A stretch of 33,451 nt of DNA. Source: Octopus bimaculoides. Taxonomy: Eukaryota. Positions 11,599 through 22,454 of this stretch are shown in pieces. Both the position numbers and the translations under genes were made by a program. The notes under the pieces were generated by a model. The model saw nothing but the letters and a program-made list of their open reading frames with translations, did no database searches and was not told the DNA's origin. Within the stretch, counting starts at the first letter, position 1, and every line of letters begins with the position of its first letter. Location: contig NC_068988.1 of NCBI RefSeq assembly GCF_001194135.2, forward strand, positions 46,033,154 through 46,066,604, given 5' to 3'.

Positions 11599-12854
11599 NN
11601 NNNNNNNNTACATACATACATACATACATACATACATGTATTGTTAGTTCATGGGTCAGTTGCATTTTAACCATAAGAAAATATATTCTCAATTCACTTG
11701 GTGTTGTGCTTTTAACATGAGGTGCATTGTGAATATATCTTATGCCTAACAAACTAATCACACACACACCTTGTGTATGTGTGTTCGATTTTCTTTATAT
11801 ATATATATGCACACATACATACACACACACACACACACGTATGTATGTATGTATGTATGTATGTATGTATGTATGTATGTATGTATCACATGATAATATC
11901 CCAAGGAGATATACCAATGACTTTAAGGAAAGGTTCATATCTATTTTGTATTCTGAGATAAGGAAATCTACATGAACCTGTCTTGTTTCATCTGAAAGAT
12001 TTGGTAGAAGGAAAATTACTCCCACCCACACACTATTATGACCTACTATAACAAAACTTCTCCTTTCTTACTCATGCTATATTAGTATCTGTAAGAATCT
12101 GCACATATTACAATAGTCCACTGAATCCCTTAAGAGAATTAGACTTTCATGCTTTTACCACCAACAGAGCTCACTCTTAGCTAATTTGAAGCCATTAGTT
12201 GTGAATACTAACTTCTTCATTTTACTGAAATCTTTAATTTCACTTAAATTTTGAAAAAAATCAAAGACTACTCCTTTCAATTATGCCAGAATTCTTCCAT
12301 CTAGCAGTCAACAATATACAGTTTCCACCATGTGGCTAAACTGAGTAGGGGAAGCGATTTTCCATTATTAGCCAGTGACATTAGCTTCATTTAGAACGTG
12401 GATGCTTCTTTGCTCAGTGTTATGACAGATGAATAATCAGATATGCTTTTTGCTTCTGTGGAATGTTTTGTAATGCAGATCTGAGTGAAACTTTTCATAC
12501 ATATATACATGCATATATATGAGCTTATGTGCCTGTGGATGTGTGTGTTTAGGAAAACTGTTTTTTATCAAAGATCAAGGAAACCAGAAATACAAAGAGA
12601 ACTCTGTATGAGTTAAAGATAACTGGAGAGCAAATAGATTTATTTTACAGATTTAATGTTTTAGCAAAGAAACTTTACTTTCACCCATTCAGATCTATTC
12701 TGAAATAAAACACATCTTGAATGTACAAATGCAATTGAATTATTTGAGAATATTTCTGAAATTCACAAGTTTAATGTGAATTTGAAAAATAACAGTCAAA
12801 ATTATTTCTTCACGATATATGACATCAAAGAGAGGTAGAGTAGACAGTAAAATC

Positions 12855-12868
12855 AAGTGACGTCACTT
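12855..12868. promoter_or_regulatory. Perfect CRE (TGACGTCA) within a 14-bp palindrome AAGTGACGTCACTT
   Basis: Direct reading; function is not demonstrated. Confidence 0.3.
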
Positions 12869-13264
12869 CATCTTAAGTAAACTGCATATAGATATGGAAA
12901 AAATAAAACTGCTTCATAATCAATTTTCAAAAATGCATAAACATGAATATAATAAATATGTAAATATATAGATAAATGAGTTGATAACTGAATGAATAAT
13001 ATGCAGTAAATAGAAAGCTCATTAAATCAATAATAATGGATTATTACACATTGAAAAATTTCTTAAATAAATGCTGTAAATGATACATTTGCAGGCATAA
13101 CCATACCCATGTGCAAACACTCAAATATCATTTTGATGTATAAATATATATAAAAATACTCACTAACTTGATATACACATGTTCACATATTTAGAAACAC
13201 ACACAGTCACATACACATACACACATACATACACACATACATACACACACATTCACATCCACAC

Positions 13265-13296
<32 letters not shown>

Positions 13297-13365
13297 GTAT
13301 ATGTATGGGTGTATAAATATCTATATATGTACACAAATACGAAAACACAAACGTATACAGCCACC

Positions 13366-13425
<60 letters not shown>

Positions 13426-13644
13426 CACCATCATCTTCATCATTTTACCAACCAGTTCTCTATGCTCACATGTTTCAGATGGAATTTGTTCAGGAAAGTT
13501 TTCTATAGTCAGAAATATTTTCACTGAAGATTGGAAATGAAGGAAACTGCTTGTATGATGATGATGATGTTTATATAAATGTATCATGTATTATCAAGAC
13601 AAGGAAACTCCTCCATGCATACATGCATACATACATACATACAT

Positions 13645-14045
13645 AGGAGTAGCTGTGTGGTAAGTACCTTGCTTACCAACCACATGGTTCCAGGTTCAGT
13701 CCCACTGCGTGGCACCTTGGGCGAGCATTTTCTACTATAGCCTCGGGCCAAACAAAGCATTGTGAGTGGATTTAGTAGATGGAAACTGAAAGAAGCCCGT
13801 CGTATATATGTATATATGTATGTGTGTGTATATGTCGTGTGTCTGTGTTTGTCCTTCCAACATCTCTTGACAACCGATGCTGGTGTGTTTAGGTCCCCGT
13901 AACTTAGAGGTTTGGCAAAAGAGACAGATAGAATAAGTACTAGGCTTACAAAGAATAAGTCCTGGGGTCGATTTGATTTGACTAAAGGCGGTGCTCCAGC
14001 ATGGCCGCAGTCAAATGACTGAAACAAGTAAAAGAGTAAAAAAGA
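13645..14045 (+). mobile_element. Full-length tRNA-derived SINE (family A: tRNA head, CORE-like segment, internal (TA/TG)n, tail ending AAAAGAGT repeats)
   Basis: A box TAGCTGTGTGG (13650) and B-box-like GGTTCAGTCCC (13693-13703). At least six related copies occur in this window. Confidence 0.9.
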
Positions 14046-14057
14046 TACATACATACA

Positions 14058-14460
14058 TGCAATAAGCTGCCCAGCAGTTGTTAACATAAGGCTAAAGATA
14101 TGCAAGAAAGAAAACACCTATGCTGAACTATTGAGAAGTCTACAGTTACTCTACCCAGATTACAAGTTCAGGTTTATACAAATAATTATTGTTCTTGTCA
14201 TGGAAGCATTGGGTTCAATACCACCCAACCTGAAGAAACATTTGGAAACTTCAGATATACACTACAATCTTGGAATATTGTAAAAACTGGCTTTACTTAG
14301 AACTACACACATACTGCATAAAATACTGTCAGTCTGAGGTCCCTGCTGTGACTTGACAGACAGTACAAACCCCTGGTACAGAGAATATCTTCAATCTACA
14401 ACATCGCAATATTGGATACTGTGCGATGTCTTCTATAATAATGATAATGATAATAATAAT
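14058..14460 (+). mobile_element. R4/Dong-like LINE 3' end: restriction-like endonuclease C-terminus, 3' UTR and (TAA)n tail
   Basis: ISCPAVVNIRLKICKKENTYAELLRSLQLLYPDYKFRFIQIIIVLVMEALGSIPPNLKKHLETSDIHYNLGIL*KLALLRTTHILHKILSV* (REL pattern KE.EK..KY..L...IGALG...QK.ALLGT.HILRK), then about 100 bp of UTR and ataataatgataat. Confidence 0.8.
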
Positions 14461-14640
14461 CTCTTTTTTCTTTTGTACTTGTCCTCTCTGTCTTTCTTTC
14501 CTTATTTTTTCTCTATTACATGACTTTGTAATTGAACAATCTGGTGTCTTTCTTTTAATGGCTTACCAATATATACAGTGAGTTTCTCCGCCCTGGGCAT
14601 CAAAAAGACACTTGACAAGAAATGGAAACAAAACTGAAAG

Positions 14641-15690
14641 ATGATGATAATGATGACGACGACGATGATGATGATGATGATGATGATAATAATAATGGTG
14701 ATGATGATGATGAAGATAATATATAAATACTCAGTCCTATTCCCCATTTTTTTGGAGTGGGTAGCCACAAGAAGACACACACCAGGCATTCCATTCATTT
14801 CCCAGCTCAAAGAGGCAAGCCCTGTCCTATGCTTAGGTCAAGGCATAGAAACACGACCCCCGATATCAACAGTAAGGCCCGACAGCATAAGCTGATTTAC
14901 CCCTGCTACATCATGCTGGTTCCATACCCCTTTGAGCAACATCAAATTCACTCATCAATCCACAAATACTCTCCAAGCTTTCCTATCATCTATAAACTCT
15001 CTTGCCTCTCTCACTCCAACACCTCTAACCACCAAAGCTTTCCTCACTCCATCCATCCATCCATCCATCCACACAACCGAGATCTGCCTTTGGATTCTGC
15101 TGCCTACCACTTCTGCCTTCATCACTCTCCTTACCATCTGCTCTTCATCCATCCTTTCCATGTGGTCAAACCACATCAACATTCATCTATCCATTCTGGT
15201 TGTTAGATTTTCTCTCATTTCTGCTCGCCTTCATACCTCCTCATTCCTCATCCTGTCCATCCGTGTCACACCAACCATAGCTCTCAAACATATCTAGTCA
15301 CCTCCTTTCTACTTCTCTCAGACCCCACATCTCTACACCATATAGCATTGACAGCACAATCACACCCTCATACACACCTCTTTTCTCTTTCATGCTCAAC
15401 CTTTTATCTCTCAGCATACCTTTCACAACTCCAAGTATATTACTCCCCTCCTTGAGTCTATACCCCACTTCCTCAGCCAACCATCCTCCATCTGCCATCA
15501 CATGTGATTCCAGATACTTAAAAACTCTCACCTCCTCTAGCATCTCACTATTTATACTCACATTCACCCTACCAGCCATTCCTTCTCTTGAACATCTCAT
15601 CACCTTACTCTTAGCTACATTCACTTTCAGTTTCCTCCTCTCACACACACTTTCAGACTCTACCACCAGTCACCAGTCAAGGTGATTTTC
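14641..15690 (-). mobile_element. RTE/BovB-like LINE, 5'-truncated, with 3' UTR and (CAT)n/(TAT)n tail
   Basis: ORF track 15298..15666 (LKVNVAKSKVM..FKYLES..MLYGVEMWGLRE) and 14955..15182 (WFDHMERMDEEQMVRRV..WMDGVRK..DRKAWR), linked by *ICLRAMVGVTRMDRMRNEEV. Several in-frame stops; ends in a trinucleotide tail typical of RTE. Confidence 0.9.
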
Positions 15691-15724
15691 TATCACCAAT
15701 TTTCTTTAGTATGGCTCTTGGTTC

Positions 15725-16727
15725 CCCTAAGTTAGCTGTAAAATGATACAAGACATGGTAACAGAATCTATAACAGATCAATCAATCACCTCATTTTACA
15801 TGAATAATTTGCAGCTTTTTACGCAGGTGATCAACTAATGGAATGACTGTTAACTATAGTAAAACAATTTAGTGACAATTCTGAAACAGAGTTTCACCTT
15901 GATAAATGTACTAAAACCATGTTCTTTAAGGGAAAACATCTGGAAACCTACAACATACCATAATCAAGAAACTAAACTACCATAATCAAAGAACTATTTC
16001 CTGAAGGAAAAAAACTACAAATATTTAGATGTATATGAGAAAGATGGTATCCAACACCTATTAATGGGTGAGAAAATATGGAAAAAATGCCTCTGTAGAG
16101 TTAGAACTGAATGTGAGAAACAGGCTCGATGCTGTCTATACCTAGCTATACATGTTGTAACATCATAAAATGAGATAAGTAAAATTGACTCAAAAACTTG
16201 TAAGCTTCTCACAATGTATTGCATGGATCACCCAAAGGTTGATGTAGATAGTCTATACATCCCATGAAAAAACAGAAGACATAGAATGATGCTGCTGCAA
16301 CTGCTTTTAAGGTCAGAAACCATAAGTCTAGATACCTATCTTAGTAAAAATACTAATGACTGGCAGTTTGAAAATGTATACAAGCAAAAAAGTACAAGAA
16401 ACTACATTCAGAATTAGAACAAGAATAAAGTAAAAAACAAGCCAATTCCTATGAATTCCTAAAAAATGGAAAAGCAAGGCATTACATGATAAATATCCTA
16501 TAAGGGACAATGATTCTGATGCAGATACAGATATGATCTATCAGTGGCTATCTGCATTTGAACTTAAATCAGAAACAGAAGTCTTCATTATAGCAGCTCT
16601 GTCTGTCCTCTAGAAATCATTAAGTTTCCATTCTTAAAAGCAGGACTGACCTTGCCTGCCACTTTGTAATACAACCAGAGAAACAATTGACCATGTCACT
16701 TCTGGTTGCTCTATGTTAGCCTTAGTT
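15725..16727 (+). mobile_element. Degenerate R4/Dong-like LINE, RT core to CCHC finger
   Basis: FYMNNLQLF (YMDD decayed to YMNN at 15797-15808), IVKQFSDN.ETEFHLDKC, NYKYLDVYEKDGIQH..EKIWKKC..RVR, KIDSKTCKLLTMYCMDHPKVDVDSLYIP, LKSETEVFIIAA, FCNTTRETIDHVTSGCSMLA. Confidence 0.85.
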
Positions 16728-16890
16728 CATCATCATCATCATCATCATCGTTTAACGTCCGCTTTCCATGCTAGCATGGGTTGGACGATTTGACTGAGGA
16801 CTGGTGAAACCGGATGGCAACACCAGGCTCCAGTCTAATTTGGCAGAGTTTCTACAGCTGGATGCCCTTCCTAACGCCAACCACTCAGAG
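16728..16890 (-). mobile_element. 3' fragment of RTE-tailed SINE/LINE with (GAT)n tail
   Basis: Reverse complement reads GGTTGGCGTTAGGAAGGGCATCCAGCTGTAGAAAC...CCAACCCATGCTAGCATGGAAAGCGGACGTTAAAC(GAT)n. CpGs are retained, which suggests a young copy. Confidence 0.75.
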
Positions 16891-19209
16891 AGTTATCACT
16901 ATGATAGACTTGGTATGTATTTACACTGCATCATTGGGTGTCAGTTTTGGCTTCCATACGAGAAAAACTGGTATGAACATAAGCCTGCCAAATTAGAAGA
17001 AAAAGACATAACTTTTTCTTGAGACTTTACTGCTCAGATTGATTGATCTATTCAGGTCAACTGACCTGATATTTTGTTGAGAATCACATTGAAAAATAAA
17101 TTTACTCCAAAATATGTTAATCTCAGCTGATTGCCAAACCTCTGTGAAATTGTTTGAAAAATTAAGAATATATAACAACGTTGAAATAGAAGTCTCAAAG
17201 ATGTGAGATCTAGCAACAGCAGCTGTAGCTAATCATTGGCACTTTGAGAATAATACCAAATATCATCTTTAAATATTATGATGAAAAAGCAGGAAATCTA
17301 AAAGCCTCAGAACAACAACAAAATTGTTCTTGTTGCAATTCATATCCTAAATAAGACAGTCATACTGAGAATATTTGGATCTGTTAAAATCTATCAAAAT
17401 CACTATTTCAACAAACTTTTAATGAAATCTTAATTCTCAGTCTTTAGTCTTCATTTCTGGAAATGTATCATTACTGTTCATACTAACACCCACAGTAAAA
17501 TGTCTAACTTGCTGTTTCTTGTGGTTTCTGGGTGAAACATGGAACAGCTCATATAAAACAAAGAAACAATAACAATGAAAATAATAATAATAATAACAAA
17601 CAGTAACAATAATAATAGCAACAATAACAACAAAAATAATAACTAAAATATACCTGGTAGGATTACATTTTATGTAATCCTATTTGAACTCAAGATATTG
17701 ATAAAACATTGATAAAAACTTTTTTATGTTTGCAGACAGAACTGAAATATTTTGAAGAAAATGAAAATGACAGCAATGGTTATAATGATGAAACTTAAAG
17801 CACATCATTGTCATTGTTTTTTTCATACAGTTAACAATCTGATTCAGAAGAACTATGCTGATGGGAATAAATATTCCAAAACAAGGAAAAACAATCAGAG
17901 TTTGTTTACGTCATTTCAGAATTTAATCTGCAAAGATTTAAGTCTTCATAGGGTTAAGGCTTGAAAGGAACAAACAACTTCATCATCAGCATCAGCAGTA
18001 GTAGCATCATCATTAGCAGATGCAGTAAAAACAACAATGATGATAGTTTGTTTATCAGTTGCAATAGAATGAGAATAAATAAATAAATAAATAGATAAAT
18101 AAATGTGTTACAAAAGGCAAAATAAAGTCTGCAGAAAGTATCGTTCATGTAAAAAGCAACTATATAATTCCCCCAAATGATATAAAACTGTGATAAATTA
18201 TTCAGAGAGGATACGAATTTTCCAAATGTGTAGACTACCCTCAATGCAATATATGAATATTTTCTGCTTAGTCTGCTAGCAAAATTGGACGGACAAGTAT
18301 TTTTTTTCTTATTTTCATGGCATACTTGCTTTGCTTATTCAGTTTCAAAAAATATCTCTCAAGTCTAGCCTTCCTTCTCCGTTTTTACCTTGCACTTCAA
18401 GCAATACTTGAAGAAGTAAGTGATGGATTTGCTTGGAAAAAAAAAAAAAGAAACAAGAAAAGAAAAAGTAAAAAGCTAAACACAAACAAACAAGAAAAAC
18501 ATGATGTCAGCACTTTCAATGTTGTTTTCCATATTACATATTTAGCAATCACCACCAGACTGTAAAAAAAAAGTATGATAGTTGTAGGAGATTTTCATGA
18601 TAAATAAATGTTACTTTTGAGGCGTGCATTTGACATAAAATGATTGAATGGATGAAGTATATGTTTTGCAATATATTGCTATATCTCAGATATACTTGGA
18701 TGTGACACTTGACTCAAAATAGCAGTTAATCTTGTACATACTGTCCAGACAAGGATTTTAAAATTTCTACATATTTGCATTTGGAAGTACTATGAAGAAT
18801 GTAGTTCTTTATTTTCTCAATACCCAGACAACTTTCAAAACATCATTGCTGATGCTCTTTGTTAACTCTGTGTTGCAGAAAAAATTAAGCATGTCTGCTA
18901 TCCAGCAGAATGCTTTGAGTTTCTTGATTAACCCAAGAATTAGTCAAAGAAAGCCATTTAATAATTTCTTTTATGTTGTGTTTGGAGAACGATGGGATTT
19001 TTCAAGTTTTTTTTAAAGGCCAATCCCTGAATCACTGCATTTATGTCAAGAGTGAGGATGTATTATTGTGTGACTGGGGGGAAAACAAACATAGGCAAAG
19101 GTATTTTTGTTCGAAAACACTGTTTTATCAATAATATCACTGATTTTCATATCTTTTGGATTCTTATAGAGCCAAAATTCATACATACATACAAACATAC
19201 ATACACATG

Positions 19210-19455
19210 TCTTTTTATCTTTTTTCTTTTAACTTGTTTCAGTCATTTGGCTGTGACAATGCTAGGGTACCACCATGATAGATTTTAGTCAAATAAATTT
19301 AATCCCAAGATTTATGTTCTTCCCAAGCCTAGTACTTATTCCATTGGTCTCTTTTATTGAACTGCTAAGTTACAGGAATGTAACAACATTAACAATAGTT
19401 GTCAAGCAGTGGTGGGGGACAAGTACAGACACTAAGACACATACAAATAGATATT

Positions 19456-19493
<38 letters not shown>

Positions 19494-19640
19494 CAGCAGG
19501 TTTCCTTCAGTTTCCATCTACCTAATCAACTCACAAGGCTTTGGTTGACCCAAAAACTATAGTCGAAGACACTTGCTCAAGGTGCCACACAGTGAGACTG
19601 AACATGTGGTAGGGAAGCAAGCTTCTTACCACACAGCCAC
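19210..19640 (-). mobile_element. SINE family A, near full length, diverged
   Basis: Reverse-complement similarity to 13645-14045 along its length (gtttcagtcattt..agcctagtacttatt..cagtttcc..cacaaggctttgg..gaagacacttgc..cttaccacacagcc). Confidence 0.85.
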
Positions 19641-20089
19641 ATATAAAACCTATGGCAGTAGTCTAGCCAATACTTTTATGGGAGACAGTTGATGATATCT
19701 AATGGAGGAAAAGACAGAAAATGTGTGTGTCTGTTTATGTGTATGAATGTGAGTAGTGTTTATGTGAGTGTCTTTGTCTCTCACATCATAACAAGTAGTG
19801 TTGATTTGTTTATGACCTCATAACTTGGCAGTTTAATGAGAAAGGCTGATAGAATAAGTAGCAACATGGGCCACAGTAGAATGGCAGAAACAAGCAAAAG
19901 ATAAAAAAAGAATAAGTGCAGTCATATCTGTGTGGATATCGAGTTCTCTTCCGAATCATAAGGAACTGGCTTGTATCATAGGTATGAAACCTCAAGCATG
20001 AATTAAACTGATACATAGAAACTGTGTGGAAACCTGCCACATCCTCATCATCGTCACCACCACCACCCCTACCACCGTTGTTGTCGTTG

Positions 20090-20520
20090 TCATCATCATC
20101 ATCAACAACATCATTTAATATCCAGTTCTTCAAGCATGCAAAGGTCAGACATAATTCATTAAGGCAGATTTTCTATACTCAGAAGCCATTCTTCTTGCCA
20201 AACCCGACTTGTTTGCAAGCAATGCCGTATTTCCTCATAACCAAACATATATTTCATAGAAGACAGGAAACAAATAATGCATGTTCACACCCATCATGCA
20301 ATATCAGACAAAGACCCTCCTCCAATCCATAGATATGGCAGGGTTTTCTCAGTTTCCATTTACCAAATCCACTTACAAGGCATTGGTGGTGCTGGAGCTC
20401 TAATACAAGACACTTGCCCAAGAGGTTGTGCAGTGAGATTGAACCTCTAATCACCTGACTGGTGGCCTTTTAACCATACACAGTGAAGCAAGCTTCTTAA
20501 CCCTACACAGACATGTCTGC
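20090..20520 (-). mobile_element. Diverged SINE with family A head and RTE-type (GAT)n tail
   Basis: 20330-20520 matches the family A head; 20090-20290 matches the 16728-type tail (catcatttaatatcc..tttctatactcagaagccattcttcttgccaaacc). Confidence 0.6.
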
Positions 20521-21186
20521 ACTTTACACACACACACACACACACGAAAGTATGTCGTGTGCAGTTCTGTATCAAGATACACACACACATATGTATACAT
20601 ATGTATGAGTGCATAAAGAAACGAGAGATTCTCCACACATTTTATTCATCAATTTCCACTCCCGAGACGTTGGTCAAACCAAGATTAAGGTAGAAGATGC
20701 ACAGACAAAATGCCATACAGTGGGCAGTGGAATAAAGCCCAGAAAGAAACAGCTCTGAAAAAACTATACTATCAAGCTTGCAGGTTAGTTCATTCTTACA
20801 ATGATGACAACACCAGCTTTGTATAGATGTATCAACATTTACTTAAATAAGGACATGGCAGGAAAATTTATCTTAACACCTGAAAAATGGATAATATAAA
20901 TGCTGTCGTATCCATCTATATCTCCATTCTTCTATAAATATAGAATAGTAACATGACTATTTTGATCAAGCTTATCCTTAGAGGAATGCATAAAAATCAC
21001 GACGGCTTCAAATTTTGGCACAAGGCCAGCAGTTTCAGGGGAAGTGGGTAAGTTGATTACATTGACCTTAGTGCTCTACTGGTGCATATTTTATTGACCA
21101 CAAAAGAGATGAAAAGCAAAATCAACCTTGGCCAAATTTGAACTCAGAACTTAATGACAGTCAAAATGCTAAACAACATTTTGCCT

Positions 21187-21277
21187 ACATTGTTTACATT
21201 TGACGGATATTTGTCCTCATCTTGTTTGTTGTTAACACAACGCTACTAACCCCAAAATTCCAGGCAGTGACCTGAAC

Positions 21278-21309
<32 letters not shown>

Positions 21310-21493
21310 CAACAACATCGAAAAATACCTTAGGAATGAGAACCCAGGCTCGAAATTTCCCCAAGACACCTGATGAAGGCTGGAGAGTATATCAGCTGAA
21401 ATGTTGTGTTAACAACAAACAAGATGAGGACAAATATCCGTTGAATGTAAATAATGTAAATAATGCACATAATTCTTTATCTCTTAAATATAG
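21187..21493 (+). mobile_element. Non-autonomous Penelope pseudo-LTR-like insertion with inverted arm and 15-bp TSD
   Basis: TSD aacaacattttgcct (21172-21186) / aacagcattttgcct (21494-21508). 57-bp inverted repeat at 21186-21242 / 21402-21458. Contains a hammerhead core. Confidence 0.75.
21365..21410 (+). ncRNA. Minimal type I hammerhead ribozyme motif (probably weakened in this copy)
   Basis: GACAC - CTGATGA(A) - GGCTG/gagagtatat/CAGCT - GAAA - T - GTT - GTGTT. Stem I GACAC:GUGUU, stem II 5 bp, predicted cleavage after GUU at 21405. Confidence 0.65.
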
Positions 21494-22454
21494 AACAGCA
21501 TTTTGCCTGGTATGCTAATGATTCAGCTAGCTCACCACCTTAGTTGAAATCCTTATATTAAAGACTTGCAGGTATTGGTAGTTCTTATGACAACTGAGTT
21601 TGGCAGAACAAGCTTTATCTTGGTCTATTTGTGACTGAAAAACATGATGCAGGCCTTCACCACATCAAAGATTTTCTCGTGGTGGGTATAAAGACTGTAT
21701 CAGATGATCCTATGCAATTTAATTGAACCGTCAGCTCAATGTATCTGATGGCATAGATTTGCTTCTCTGAGGGTTTTGTTACAAATATACCAGTTTAATG
21801 CATATTATCTTGACTATCTAAGGTTTGAGCACCACAAGCATCATATTACAAGAAGATTATTTTCATGCATCATATCTGAAGGGCAGAGTCAGCAATATCA
21901 GTTCAATCTTAACATATATTAAAATAGAAAGAATAAATATTCCTGCTGTGTTGAAAGCACAATGGCAATGATCTTCAACTAAAATGATAAATTTATCCAC
22001 ACCACTGAAAAAGAAGCACTGTAGAAACCTACGGTACAGTCCTGGAGGATAATAGCTTCAAGCCTTGTCATTTTTTGGAAAATCCAAAGAAACTAATCTT
22101 ATAGAGTGATTAGAACTGAGAATCTAGAGATATGAAAATCAATGCTGTAATTTATTTAGTCTGGTGTTCTCAGCCACCCTAATGAAATAGCAATTTTTTT
22201 GACTAGTCACAAGGCCAAAAGCTGTCATTTGTATTTTCTTATTTTTGTACTTCTCCACCCCTTTATCATCTCTGTCATGACAACTGGTTTCCTGGAATGA
22301 TTTGACAAAAACGAATTTGTGTGCCAGCTTGCATGTATTTCATAGAAAGATCTCTATTTCCATTAATATTTCATTAATGATTTTTTTTTTTTGTGGTTTC
22401 TGTTTATTCATATATTTATCTTTTTTATTTTCATTCTCTGCTTAGCATTTTATA

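Larger units (their letters stand above)
21005..21540 (-). mobile_element. Nin-like SINE interrupted by the 21187-21493 insertion
   Basis: 21005-21186 matches the 6043 SINE body (aaatttgaactcagaac B box on the minus strand). 21494-21540 (cattttgcctggtatgctaatgattcagctagctc) supplies the remaining 5' head. Confidence 0.75.

Noticed and set aside
13645-13710. tRNA-like A and B boxes
   Set aside because: They are SINE heads with no cloverleaf or acceptor stem, so not tRNA genes.
17737-17799. Possible terminal exon tttgcag|TELKYFEENENDSNGYNDET*
   Set aside because: No upstream exon can be linked and the peptide is unrecognised.
18350-18410. Minus-strand GKNGEGRLDLRDIF, similar to an EF-hand loop
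   Set aside because: Position 1 is not Asp, the frame stops immediately, and no partner EF-hand exon is visible.
21311-21406. Alternative type III hammerhead fold using upstream CAACAUC as helix III
   Set aside because: Helix III pairs, but helix I cannot form (GAAAAA versus GACAC). The match comes from the (AAC)n microsatellite.
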